DNA from: Eledone cirrhosa
Lineage: Eukaryota
Assembly (NCBI GenBank): GCA_964016885.1
Contig: CAXHJY010000001.1
Coordinates: 746,598-810,597, forward strand
Length of the DNA stretch: 64,000 nt
Direction of reading: 5' to 3'
Below, piece after piece: positions 1-13,266 of this stretch. The position numbers and the translations under genes were made by a program. Positions within the stretch are counted from its first letter, which is position 1. Each line of letters starts with the position of its first letter. The notes beneath the pieces were generated by a model. The model made no database searches. It was not told the origin of the DNA and saw only the letters and a program-made list of their open reading frames with translations.

Positions 1-2884
1 ATATTTCTAGTGAAAGACACTGTATATGTCATTAACCCTTTCATTACCATATTTCTAATGAAAGACACTGTCTATGTCATTAACCCTTTCATTACCATAT
101 TTCTAATGAAAGACACTGTATATGTCATTAACCCTTTCATTACCATATTTCTAAAGAAAGACACAGTCTATGTCATTAACCCTTTCATTACCATATTTCT
201 AATGAAAGACACTGTCTATGTCATTAACCCTTTCATTACCATATTTCTAATGAAAGACACTGTATATATCATTAACCCTTTCATTACCATATTTCTAATG
301 AAAGACACTGTCTATGTCATTAACCCTTTCATTACCATATTTCTAATGAAAGACACTGTCTATGTCATTAACCCTTTCATTACCATATATCTAATGAAAG
401 ACACTGTCTATGTCATTAACTCTTTCCTTACCATATTTCTAATGAAAGACACTGTCTATGTCATTAACCCTTTCATTACTATATTTCTAATTAAAGACAT
501 TACCTATGTCATTAACCCTTTCATTACCATATTTCTAATGAAAGACACTGTCTATGTCATTAACCCTTTCATTACCATATTTCTAATGAAAGACACTGTC
601 TATGTCATTAACCCTTTCATTACCATATTTCTAATGAAAGACACTGTATATGTCATTAACACTTTCATTACCATATTTCTAATGAAAGACACTGTCTATG
701 TCATTAACCCTTTCATTACCATATTTCTAATGAAAGACACTGTCTATGTCATTAACCCTTTCATTACCATATATCTAATGAAAGACACTGTCTATGTCAT
801 TAACTCTTTCCTTACCATATTTCTAATGAAACACACTGTCTATGTCATTAACCCTTTCATTACTATATTTCTAATTAAAGACATTACCTATGTCATTAAC
901 CCTTTCATTACCATATTTCTAATGAAAGACACTGTCTATATCATTAACCCTTTCATTATCATATTTCTAATAAAAGACACTGTCTATGTCATTAACCCTT
1001 TCATTACTATATTTCTAATTAAAGACACTACCTATGTCATTAACCCTTTCATTACCATATTTCTAATGAAAGACACTGTCTATGTCATTAACCCCTTCAT
1101 TACCATATATCTAGTGAAAGACACTGTCTATATCATTAACCCTTTCATTACCATATTTCTAATAAAAGACACTGTCTATGTCATTAACCCTTTCATTACC
1201 ATATATCTAATGAAAGACACTACCTATGTTATTAACCCCTGCATTACCATATATCTAATGAAAGACACTGTCTATGTCATTAACCCTTTCATTACCATAT
1301 TTCTAATGAAAGACACTATATGTCATTAACCCTTTCATTATCATATTTCTAATGAAAGGCACTGTCTATGTCATTAACCCTTTCATTACCATATTTCTAA
1401 TGAAAGACACTACCTATGTTATTAACCCCTGCATTACCATATATCTAATGAAAGACACTGTCTATGTCATTAACCCCTTCATTACCATATATCTAATGAA
1501 AGACACTGTCTATGTCATTAACCCTTTCATTACCATATATCTAATGAAAGACACTGTCTATGTCATTAACCCCTTCATTACCATATATCTAATGAAAGAC
1601 ACTGTCTATGTCATTAACCCTTTCATTACCATATTTCTAATGAAAGACACTATAAGTCATTAACCCTTTCATTATCATATTTCTAATAAAAGACACTGTC
1701 TATGTCATTAACCCTTTCATTACCATATATCTAATGAAAGACACTACCTATGTTATTAACCCCTGCATTACCATATATCTAATGTAAGACACTGTCTATG
1801 TCATTAACCCTTTCATTACCATATTTCTAATGAAAGACACTATATGTCATTAACCCTTTCATTATCATATTTCTAATGAAAGACACTGTCTATGTCATTA
1901 ACCCTTTCATTACCATATTTCTAATGAAAGACACTACCTATGTTATTAACCCCTGCATTACCATATATCTAATGAAAGACACTGTCTATGTCATTAACCC
2001 TTTCATTACCATATTTCTAATGAAAGACACTATATGTCATTAACCCTTTCATTATCATATTTCTAATGAAAGACACTGTCTATGTCATTAACCCTTTCAT
2101 TACCATATTTCTAATGAAAGACACTACCTATGTTATTAACTCCTGCATTACCATATATCTAATGAAAGACACTGTCTATGTCATTAACCCCTTCATTACC
2201 ATATATCTAATGAAAGACACTGTCTATGTCATTAACCCTTTCATTACCATATATCTAATGAAAGACACTGTCTATGTCATTAACCCCTTCATTACCATAT
2301 ATCTAATAAAAGACACTGTCTATGTCATTAACCCTTTCATTACCATATATCTAATGAAAGACACTACCTATGTTATTAACCCCTGCATTACCATATATCT
2401 AATGAAAGACACCGTCTATGTCATTAACCCCTTCATTACCATATATCTAATGAAAGACACTGTCTATGTCATTAACCCTTTCATTACCATATTTCTAATG
2501 AAAGACACTACCTATGTCATTAACCCTTTCATTACCATATATCTAATGAAAGACACTGTCTATGTCATTAACCCCTTCATTACCATATATCTAATAAAAG
2601 ACACTGTCTATGTCATTAACCCTTTCATTACCATATATCTAATGAAAGACACTACCTATGTTATTAACCCCTGCATTACCATATATCTAATGAAAGACAC
2701 TGTCTATGTCATTAACCCCTTCATTACCATATATCTAATGAAAGACACTGTCTATGTCATTAACCCTTTCATTACCATATTTCTAATGAAAGACACTACC
2801 TATGTCATTAACCCTTTCATTACCATATTTCTAATGAAAGACACTGTCTATGTCATTAACCCTTTCATTACCATATTTCTAATA
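1..2884. repeat. 48-bp minisatellite (~60 units, runs off the window start)
   Basis: Unit ttaaccctttcattaccatatttctaatgaaagacactgtctatgtca; source of the MKDTVYVINPFITIFL pseudo-ORFs. Confidence 0.97.
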
Positions 2885-3250
2885 AGGTAAGTGATGTAGC
2901 ATAACTTTGTTGTAGCATAATATATTGAAACAAAACAACAGCAGGTGTAACTTAGAGACAGGTGTGTGTTCCTATTGAAAGTGTGACATCACAACTCATT
3001 TCTATAGCAGAGTATCTTGAGCAACATGAAATAAAGTGAGTTGTTCAAGAACACAAAACACAGCAAGATTCAGGCATCAAACTCACAACTTTATGATTGT
3101 AAGCCTGACGCTCTTACCACTAATCCTTGCACCTTCAATAGATATAATATAGAGGAATAGATATAGTATAGCTATAGATATAATATAGGTTGTAGGGATA
3201 TAGTACAGATGATATAGATATAAAATAGTTGATTTCACTATAGTATAGAT

Positions 3251-5083
3251 TAGGGGTCATTAAATCCCTGGCCCGTAGGCCACATCTGGCCCGCGGGCCA
3301 CATCTGGCCCACGGGCCACATCTGGCCTGCCGACAGGTTTCAATCTTTGACTAAGCCATCCCCTGAAAATGTGTTCTGAATTATTTGGGATTAAAATACC
3401 AACTAGAGAACACGTCTAACCTCAAGACTCACTTAACTGAACGTAATGTTTTAATGTGACAGTAAGAAACAATCAAACTCAGAGAGATAGAATAGTCAGA
3501 CATCGAGGTCAAAGGGACTGTGTGTGTGTATTCGTGTATATATGTACATACATAGTATCTGTATGGCAGGGATGTGAAATGACCCAGACTTACCTAAAAA
3601 AGTCAGTATGTCTGACATAGTTATTTCATTTCATCCTCAAAATTGTTCATTTTAGTTAACTGTCTGGTAGTAAAACATCTGTAAGGGACTGTATTTGATA
3701 ATAATCAATGTTTATTTATTTTTCTATGTTAAAAGTGTTCAGTATTATTAGAAGTAAATATGTTCAATGAACAAATGGCAACCCTGGTTTAAATACACTG
3801 CCAGGTGTCATGGCTTTGTCAGAGTTTATTAAAAATGTCAGAGTATTTTATTATATTACTGCATTCATTTTTACATATGTTCTCATTACTTATTTGATAT
3901 CATGGCCTGCCGACGAGACACTACATAGCTACGTGGCCTGCTGACGAGACACTGCATAGCAATGTGGCCTGCTGACGAGACACTGCATAGCTATGTGGCC
4001 TGCTGGTGAGACACTGCATAGCAATGTGGCCTGCTGGTGAGACACTGCATAGCTATGTAGTCTGCTGGTGAGACACTCCATAGCTATGTCGCCTGCTGAC
4101 AAGACACTACATAGCTATGTGGCCTGCTGGTGAGACACTCCATAGCTATATGGCCTGTTGACAAGACACTGTATAGCAATGTGGCCTGCTGACGAGACAC
4201 TGCATAGCTATGTGGCCTGCTGGTGAGACACTGCATAGCAATATGGCCTGCTGACGAGACACTGCATAGCAATATGGCCTGCTGACGAGACACTGCATAG
4301 CTATGTGGCCTGCTGGTGAGACACTGCATAGCTATGTGGCCTGCTGGCGAGACATTACATAGCTATGTGGCCTGCTGACAAGACACTACATAGCTATGTG
4401 GCCTGCTGGCGAGACATTACATAGCTATGTGGCCTGCTGACAAGACACTCCATAGCAATGTGGCCTGCTGGTGAGACACTCCATAGCTATGTGGCCTGCT
4501 GCTGAGACACTACATAGCTATGTGGCCTGCTGACGAGACACTGCATAGCAATATGGCCTGCTGGTGAGACACTCCATAGCCATGTGGCCTGCTGGTGAGA
4601 CACTGCATAGCAATATGGCCTGCTGAGAAGACACTGCATAGCAATGTGGCCTGCTGGTGAGACACTCCATAGCTATGTGGCCTGCTGACAAGACACTCCA
4701 TAGCTATGTGGCCTGCTGGTGAGACACTGCATAGCTATGTGGCCTGCTGACAAGACACTGTATAGCAATGTGGCCTGCTGACAAGACACTGTATAGCAAT
4801 GTGGCCTGCTGGTGAGACACTCCATAGCTATGTGGCCTGCTGACAAGACACTCCATAGCTATGTGGCCTGCTGACAAGACACTCCATAGCTATGTGGCCT
4901 GCTGACAAGACACTGTATAGCAATGTGGCCTGCTGACAAGACACTGTATAGCAATGTGAGCAACTGACAAGACACTTCGTAACAATGTGGCCTGCCAGTG
5001 AGACACTGCATAGAAATGTGGCCTGCCTGTGTGACACTCCATAGCAATGTGGCCCGCACACCCCAAAAGGATGCCGACCTCTG
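3251..5083 (+). mobile_element. hAT-type non-autonomous element with internal 31-bp array (copy at 7544-9376)
   Basis: Ends taggggtc...gacctctg; 8-bp TSD gtatagat at 3243-3250 and 5084-5091; ggcccgcgggcc subterminal motifs; empty site in the paralogous intron at 12833-12840. Confidence 0.85.
3902..5057. repeat. 31-bp minisatellite (~37 units; copy at 8195-9350)
   Basis: Unit gtggcctgctgacgagacactgcatagcaat. Confidence 0.95.
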
Positions 5084-5191
5084 GTATAGATGACAACATT
5101 ATAATATAGATAATATAATATTGTGATATTTATTATCTTGTATAGTGTAAATGTTGTTATAATTGTCATTGTTCTCATATTTTATTTCCAG

Positions 5192-5329
5192 TCTGTAAAT
5201 CAGGTAAATTTGGAGCCAACTGTGGCAACACATGTCACTGTGCTGACAACAGTAAATGTAACAAACAGACAGGTGTGTGTTCTAGTGGAGGATGTGCTGC
5301 TGGTTATGAAGGTAGCAACTGTCAGACAG
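5192..5329 (+). CDS. EGF-like repeat exon 1 in window (MEGF10/SCARF-like multi-EGF gene)
   Basis: tttccag acceptor, 138 bp, G|gtatat donor, phase 1-1; VCKSGKFGANCGNTCHCADNSKCNKQTGVCSSGGCAAGYEGSNCQT (C-x8-C-x3-C-x-C-x5-C-x6-C-x4-C-x8-C). Confidence 0.88.
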
Positions 5330-5345
5330 GTATATGGTGTAGTAA

Positions 5346-7177
5346 TTAACCCTTTCATTACCATATTTCTAATGAAAGACACTGTCTATGTCATTAACCC
5401 TTTCATTACCACATTTCTAATAAAAGACACTGTCTATGTCATTAACCCTTTCATTACCACATTTCTAATGAAAGACACTGTCTATGTCATTAACCCTTTC
5501 ATTACCATATTTCTAATGAAAGACACTGTCTATGTCATTAACCCTTTCATTACCACATTTCTAATAAAAGACACTGTCTATGTCATTAACCCTTTCATTA
5601 CCACATTTCTAATGAAAGACACTGTCTATGTCATTAACCCTTTCATTACCACATTTCTAATAAAAGACACTGTCTATGTCATTAACCCTTTCATTACCAT
5701 ATTTCTAATGAAAGACACTGTCTATGTCATTAACCCTTTCATTACCACATTTCTAATAAAAGACACTGTCTATGTCATTAACCCTTTCATTACCACATTT
5801 CTAATGAAAGACACTGTCTATGTCATTAACCCTTTCATTACCACATTTCTAATAAAAGACACTGTCTATGTCATTAACCCTTTCATTACCATATTTCTAA
5901 TGAAAGACACTGTCTATGTCATTAACCCTTTCATTACCACATTTCTAATAAAAGACACTGTCTATGTCATTAACCCTTTCATTACCACATTTCTAATAAA
6001 AGACACTGTCTATGTCATTAACCCTTTCATTACCACATTTCTAATAAAAGACACTGTCTATGTCATTAACCCTTTCATTACCACATTTCTAATAAAAGAC
6101 ACTGTCTATGTCATTAACCCTTTCATTACCATATTTCTAATGAAAGACACTGTCTATGTCAGAGGAGAGGAACCTTTTTACCATTAGAGGCCACATTTAA
6201 ATTAGGCAGTAATAAAGGAGGTCGCATAAGTTGATATACCTATGAATGCGACTTTTGTGAAATTATTATAGTTTTTGTATAGTTTTATAGTCATTTATTA
6301 TTTAACATAAAAAGTTACAATATAAAATATTTTTGTATTCACATAATTATAAAGAAATACAATAGAAAAATAATAATATTAAGTTAAAAAAACTAATATA
6401 GCAAAAATACGTAAAATAATTTTAAAATCCGATGGAAAATTCAAGTTAGTCGGATATTTGCATTTGTTTCTTGCTTCAAAGTAATTGAATATTTGGATTA
6501 AGGTTTAATGACATAGACTCTATGTCATTAAACCTTTCATTACCAAGTTTCTACTTAAAGACACTGTCTATGTCATTAACCCTTTCATTACATATCTCTA
6601 CTTAAAGACACTGTCTATGTCATTAACCCTTTCATTACCATATTTCTAATGAAAGACACTGTCTATGTCATTAACCCTTTCATTACATATCTCTACTTAA
6701 AGACACTGTCTATGTCATTAACCCTTTCATTACCATATTTCTACTTAAAGACACTGTCTATGTCATTAACCCTTTCATTACCATATCTCTACTTAAAGAC
6801 ACTGTCTATGTCATTAACCCTTTCATTACATATTTCTACTTAAAGACACTGTCTATATCAGTAACCCTTTCATTACCATATTTCTAATGAAGGACACTGT
6901 CTATGTCATTAACCCTTTCATTACCATATTTCTAATGAAAGACACTGTATATGTCATTAACCCTTTAATTACCATATTGCCAATGAAAGACACTGTCTAT
7001 GTCATTAACCCCTTCATTATTATATTTCTAATTAAAGACACTACCTATGTTATTAACCCCTTCATTACTATATTTCTAATGAAAGACACTGTCTATGTCA
7101 TTAACCCTTTCATTACCATATTTCTAATGAAAGACACTGTCTATGTCATTAACCCTTTCATTACCATATTTCTAATA
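5346..7177. repeat. 48-bp minisatellite interrupted by a hAT fragment (second copy 9639-11220)
   Basis: Same unit, starting ~16 bp after the exon donor. Confidence 0.95.
6160..6499 (-). mobile_element. Truncated 3' end of a hAT (Charlie/Buster-like) element (copy at 10453-10792)
   Basis: Terminus cagaggagaggaacctt; minus strand reads NPNIQLL*SKKQMQISD*, resembling the hAT transposase C-terminal PxIxxLxxxKQxQxSH motif. Confidence 0.6.
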
Positions 7178-9484
7178 AGGTAAGTGATGTAGCATAACTT
7201 TGTTGTAGCATAATATATTGAAACAAAACAACAGCAGGTGTAACTTAGAGACAGGTGTGTGTTCCTATTGAAAGTGTGACATCACAACTCATTTCTATAG
7301 CAGAGTATCTTGAGCAACATGAAATAAAGTGAGTTGTTCAAGAACACAAAACACAGCAAGATTCAGGCATCAAACTCACAACTTTATGATTGTAAGCCTG
7401 ACGCTCTTACCACTAATCCTTGCACCTTCAATAGATATAATATAGAGGAATAGATATAGTATAGCTATAGATATAATATAGGTTGTAGGGATATAGTACA
7501 GATGATATAGATATAAAATAGTTGATTTCACTATAGTATAGATTAGGGGTCATTAAATCCCTGGCCCGTAGGCCACATCTGGCCCGCGGGCCACATCTGG
7601 CCCACGGGCCACATCTGGCCTGCCGACAGGTTTCAATCTTTGACTAAGCCATCCCCTGAAAATGTGTTCTGAATTATTTGGGATTAAAATACCAACTAGA
7701 GAACACGTCTAACCTCAAGACTCACTTAACTGAACGTAATGTTTTAATGTGACAGTAAGAAACAATCAAACTCAGAGAGATAGAATAGTCAGACATCGAG
7801 GTCAAAGGGACTGTGTGTGTGTATTCGTGTATATATGTACATACATAGTATCTGTATGGCAGGGATGTGAAATGACCCAGACTTACCTAAAAAAGTCAGT
7901 ATGTCTGACATAGTTATTTCATTTCATCCTCAAAATTGTTCATTTTAGTTAACTGTCTGGTAGTAAAACATCTGTAAGGGACTGTATTTGATAATAATCA
8001 ATGTTTATTTATTTTTCTATGTTAAAAGTGTTCAGTATTATTAGAAGTAAATATGTTCAATGAACAAATGGCAACCCTGGTTTAAATACACTGCCAGGTG
8101 TCATGGCTTTGTCAGAGTTTATTAAAAATGTCAGAGTATTTTATTATATTACTGCATTCATTTTTACATATGTTCTCATTACTTATTTGATATCATGGCC
8201 TGCCGACGAGACACTACATAGCTACGTGGCCTGCTGACGAGACACTGCATAGCAATGTGGCCTGCTGACGAGACACTGCATAGCTATGTGGCCTGCTGGT
8301 GAGACACTGCATAGCAATGTGGCCTGCTGGTGAGACACTGCATAGCTATGTAGTCTGCTGGTGAGACACTCCATAGCTATGTCGCCTGCTGACAAGACAC
8401 TACATAGCTATGTGGCCTGCTGGTGAGACACTCCATAGCTATATGGCCTGTTGACAAGACACTGTATAGCAATGTGGCCTGCTGACGAGACACTGCATAG
8501 CTATGTGGCCTGCTGGTGAGACACTGCATAGCAATATGGCCTGCTGACGAGACACTGCATAGCAATATGGCCTGCTGACGAGACACTGCATAGCTATGTG
8601 GCCTGCTGGTGAGACACTGCATAGCTATGTGGCCTGCTGGCGAGACATTACATAGCTATGTGGCCTGCTGACAAGACACTACATAGCTATGTGGCCTGCT
8701 GGCGAGACATTACATAGCTATGTGGCCTGCTGACAAGACACTCCATAGCAATGTGGCCTGCTGGTGAGACACTCCATAGCTATGTGGCCTGCTGCTGAGA
8801 CACTACATAGCTATGTGGCCTGCTGACGAGACACTGCATAGCAATATGGCCTGCTGGTGAGACACTCCATAGCCATGTGGCCTGCTGGTGAGACACTGCA
8901 TAGCAATATGGCCTGCTGAGAAGACACTGCATAGCAATGTGGCCTGCTGGTGAGACACTCCATAGCTATGTGGCCTGCTGACAAGACACTCCATAGCTAT
9001 GTGGCCTGCTGGTGAGACACTGCATAGCTATGTGGCCTGCTGACAAGACACTGTATAGCAATGTGGCCTGCTGACAAGACACTGTATAGCAATGTGGCCT
9101 GCTGGTGAGACACTCCATAGCTATGTGGCCTGCTGACAAGACACTCCATAGCTATGTGGCCTGCTGACAAGACACTCCATAGCTATGTGGCCTGCTGACA
9201 AGACACTGTATAGCAATGTGGCCTGCTGACAAGACACTGTATAGCAATGTGAGCAACTGACAAGACACTTCGTAACAATGTGGCCTGCCAGTGAGACACT
9301 GCATAGAAATGTGGCCTGCCTGTGTGACACTCCATAGCAATGTGGCCCGCACACCCCAAAAGGATGCCGACCTCTGGTATAGATGACAACATTATAATAT
9401 AGATAATATAATATTGTGATATTTATTATCTTGTATAGTGTAAATGTTGTTATAATTGTCATTGTTCTCATATTTTATTTCCAG

Positions 9485-9622
9485 TCTGTAAATCAGGTAA
9501 ATTTGGAGCCAACTGTGGCAACACATGTCACTGTGCTGACAACAGTAAATGTAACAAACAGACAGGTGTGTGTTCTAGTGGAGGATGTGCTGCTGGTTAT
9601 GAAGGTAGCAACTGTCAGACAG
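9485..9622 (+). CDS. EGF-like repeat exon 2 (identical copy of 5192-5329)
   Basis: Same sequence and splice sites, offset +4293 within a tandem duplication. Confidence 0.75.
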
Positions 9623-11201
9623 GTATATGGTGTAGTAATTAACCCTTTCATTACCATATTTCTAATGAAAGACACTGTCTATGTCATTAACCCTTTCATT
9701 ACCACATTTCTAATAAAAGACACTGTCTATGTCATTAACCCTTTCATTACCACATTTCTAATGAAAGACACTGTCTATGTCATTAACCCTTTCATTACCA
9801 TATTTCTAATGAAAGACACTGTCTATGTCATTAACCCTTTCATTACCACATTTCTAATAAAAGACACTGTCTATGTCATTAACCCTTTCATTACCACATT
9901 TCTAATGAAAGACACTGTCTATGTCATTAACCCTTTCATTACCACATTTCTAATAAAAGACACTGTCTATGTCATTAACCCTTTCATTACCATATTTCTA
10001 ATGAAAGACACTGTCTATGTCATTAACCCTTTCATTACCACATTTCTAATAAAAGACACTGTCTATGTCATTAACCCTTTCATTACCACATTTCTAATGA
10101 AAGACACTGTCTATGTCATTAACCCTTTCATTACCACATTTCTAATAAAAGACACTGTCTATGTCATTAACCCTTTCATTACCATATTTCTAATGAAAGA
10201 CACTGTCTATGTCATTAACCCTTTCATTACCACATTTCTAATAAAAGACACTGTCTATGTCATTAACCCTTTCATTACCACATTTCTAATAAAAGACACT
10301 GTCTATGTCATTAACCCTTTCATTACCACATTTCTAATAAAAGACACTGTCTATGTCATTAACCCTTTCATTACCACATTTCTAATAAAAGACACTGTCT
10401 ATGTCATTAACCCTTTCATTACCATATTTCTAATGAAAGACACTGTCTATGTCAGAGGAGAGGAACCTTTTTACCATTAGAGGCCACATTTAAATTAGGC
10501 AGTAATAAAGGAGGTCGCATAAGTTGATATACCTATGAATGCGACTTTTGTGAAATTATTATAGTTTTTGTATAGTTTTATAGTCATTTATTATTTAACA
10601 TAAAAAGTTACAATATAAAATATTTTTGTATTCACATAATTATAAAGAAATACAATAGAAAAATAATAATATTAAGTTAAAAAAACTAATATAGCAAAAA
10701 TACGTAAAATAATTTTAAAATCCGATGGAAAATTCAAGTTAGTCGGATATTTGCATTTGTTTCTTGCTTCAAAGTAATTGAATATTTGGATTAAGGTTTA
10801 ATGACATAGACTCTATGTCATTAAACCTTTCATTACCAAGTTTCTACTTAAAGACACTGTCTATGTCATTAACCCTTTCATTACATATCTCTACTTAAAG
10901 ACACTGTCTATGTCATTAACCCTTTCATTACCATATTTCTAATGAAAGACACTGTCTATGTCATTAACCCTTTCATTACATATCTCTACTTAAAGACACT
11001 GTCTATGTCATTAACCCTTTCATTACCATATTTCTACTTAAAGACACTGTCTATGTCATTAACCCTTTCATTACCATATCTCTACTTAAAGACACTGTCT
11101 ATGTCATTAACCCTTTCATTACATATTTCTACTTAAAGACACTGTCTATATCAGTAACCCTTTCATTACCATATTTCTACTTAAAGACACTGTCTATGTC
11201 A

Positions 11202-11441
11202 TTAATCCTTTCATTACCATATTACTAAAGAAATATATTGCATACGAATTTAAACAAATTTTTATATAATGAAGAATTTGAAGGGCTATAGTTATATAAC
11301 TGAGATTTTCATCACTAATATTTTGGATGGAACATAACTTAACAAAAGTTCTTACATAACACTATAGTGGGAGGTTTTTAGATAAATATATAGAGTAAAA
11401 CAGTTAATCGGTGTCAGGTATTTTGATATCAAAAAGGTTAA
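11202..11441 (+). mobile_element. TTAA-bounded MITE whose 5' end matches the 48-bp satellite unit
   Basis: ttaatcctttcattaccatat ... gatatcaaaaaggttaa; related 3' part near 60940-61123 ending aaaagggttaa. Confidence 0.55.
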
Positions 11442-11502
11442 TAATTCTAAATATTATATCTTGAAATTGTTCAAACTGTTTACATTACATTTCATATTAC
11501 AG

Positions 11503-11640
11503 CCTGTGACATTGGTAAATTTGGAGCTAACTGTAAACACACATGCCACTGTGCTGATAATAACAGGTGTTACAAACAGACAGGTGTGTGTTCTAGTGGA
11601 GGATGTACTGCTGGTTATGAAGGTAGCAACTGTCAGACAG
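11503..11640 (+). CDS. EGF-like repeat exon 3
   Basis: ttacag acceptor, gtaagt donor, 138 bp; ACDIGKFGANCKHTCHCADNNRCYKQTGVCSSGGCTAGYEGSNCQT. Confidence 0.9.
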
Positions 11641-11817
11641 GTAAGTGGTGTAGTATAGCTTTGTTTCTAACATGATATATTGAGTCAAGATGACAGTAGG
11701 TGTAACACACAGCTAAGTGTAACACAGAGACAGGTGTGTGTTTTAGTGGAGGGTGTAGTGCTGGTTATGAAGGTAACACCTGTGAGACAGGTAGATTTAA
11801 ACTGTTTTGGAGCTACA

Positions 11818-12155
11818 ATCATCATCATCATCATTTTACGTCTGCATTTCCCTGCTTACCAGGGTGGGACGGAAACTGATTCTGGCTTGATTTCTACAGC
11901 TGGATGCCCTTCCTAACACCAACCTCATTTACAGTGAGTATTGGGTGTTTTTTGCCGTGGCACCTCCAGGACCACTTTGCAGTGGAATGATATGGACCCC
12001 AGTCCCTATCATCTCATTTCTACAACTGAGTAAACTGGAGCAATGGGAAATAAAGTGTCCCGCTCAAGGAAACAACACATCACCCGGTCTGAGAATTGAA
12101 CTCACAACCTTTCGATTGCAAGGCCAATGCTCTAACTACTAAGCTATGTGCTTAC
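11818..12155 (-). mobile_element. tRNA-derived SINE family B with RTE-like 3' tail
   Basis: Reverse complement of the 45896-46232 element; (gat)n tail, A/B boxes. Confidence 0.85.
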
Positions 12156-12321
12156 AATATAAAGGGGATATCATAGCCTCATGAATATATAGTATAACAT
12201 TGGTATGGAGTGTAGAGAATCGGCAAGTATATAGACATAATATCGATGTTACGGAAATCATATAGATTGTATAGATATAGTATGGATTATATATAGTTTA
12301 GGTCATACCACTGGAGTATAA

Positions 12322-12790
12322 AATAATATAATAATGAAATTATTGTGTACAGTGCTCAGGTGCACTACAACTCATCAAAGGTGCATGTATAGTACATAGA
12401 ATAATGTTTAAATGTCAGGAAAAGGAACAGTGTTAGAGTCATGAAATACATGTGTGCGTGTGTATGGAAGGGGGGACATCAGGTGCAGTGTTGACGAATC
12501 TCAGGAAGCATAGAGGTTTTAAAGGATGTAGTGTCTCGACAGCTAACAACTGATGCAGGTAGTTTGTTCCATGGAGGTTTTAAAGGATGTAGTGTCTCGA
12601 CAGCTAACAACTGATGCAATTAGTTTGTTCCATGGCGGTTGTAAAGGATGTGTCTCGACAGCTAACAACTGATGCAGGTAGTTTGTTCCATGCTTCAGCA
12701 ACTCTGAGCTTGAAAAAATGTTTCCGAAAGTCATGGGAGCTGTGCTGTTTTCTGACTTTGTAGGCATATCCATGGGTGTTAGAAACATGG
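12322..12790 (-). mobile_element. CR1/L2-like LINE 3' fragment (other copies 18420-18610 +, 36968-37235 -, 43236-43712 +)
   Basis: RKHFFKLRVAEAWNKLPASVVSCRDT..FKT C-terminal motif followed by a 3' UTR and (att)n tail. Confidence 0.75.
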
Positions 12791-13055
12791 AAATTAAGAT
12801 GATACAAATATAGTACAGATGATATAGATATAGTATAGATGACAACGCTATAATATAGATGATAGAATTGTGGTAGCTATCCCTTTTATCCCAACAGGGT
12901 TGATAAAATGAAGTACCAGTCACACACTGGGGTCGATTTAATTGATTTTCTCCTCCCCTAAAATTGCTGGCCTTGTGCCTAAATCAGAAGCATTATCTTG
13001 TATAGTGTTATATGTTGTTGTTATTGTCATTGTTCTCATATTTTTATTTCCACAG

Positions 13056-13193
13056 TCTGTAGAAATGGAAAATTTGGAGCCAACTGTGGCAACACATGTC
13101 ACTGTGTTGACAACAGTAAATGTAACAAACAGACAGGTGTGTGTTCTAGAGGAGGATGTACTGCTGGTTATGAAAGTAGCAACTGTCAGACAG
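13056..13193 (+). CDS. EGF-like repeat exon 4
   Basis: ccacag acceptor, gtaagc donor, 138 bp; VCRNGKFGANCGNTCHCVDNSKCNKQTGVCSRGGCTAGYESSNCQT. Confidence 0.9.
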
Positions 13194-13266
13194 GTAAGCT
13201 TTGTTTGTTACTTAATATATTTAGTCAAGATGATAGTAGGTGTAACACAGAGACAGGTGTAAGACA

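Larger units (their letters stand above)
2800..11179 (+). repeat. 4293-bp-period tandem segmental duplication (about 2800-6886 and 7093-11179)
   Basis: All ORFs recur identically at +4293; both breakpoints lie inside the 48-bp satellite. Confidence 0.93.

Noticed and set aside
10-2890. Long hydrophobic ORFs of MKDTVYVINPFITIFL repeats
   Set aside because: Translation of a 48-bp satellite; broken by 1-2 nt indels and apparently MITE-derived
3902-5057. CRISPR-like or hammerhead array (31-bp unit containing ctgacgag)
   Set aside because: No unique spacers, eukaryotic context, and no GAAA box or closing stems
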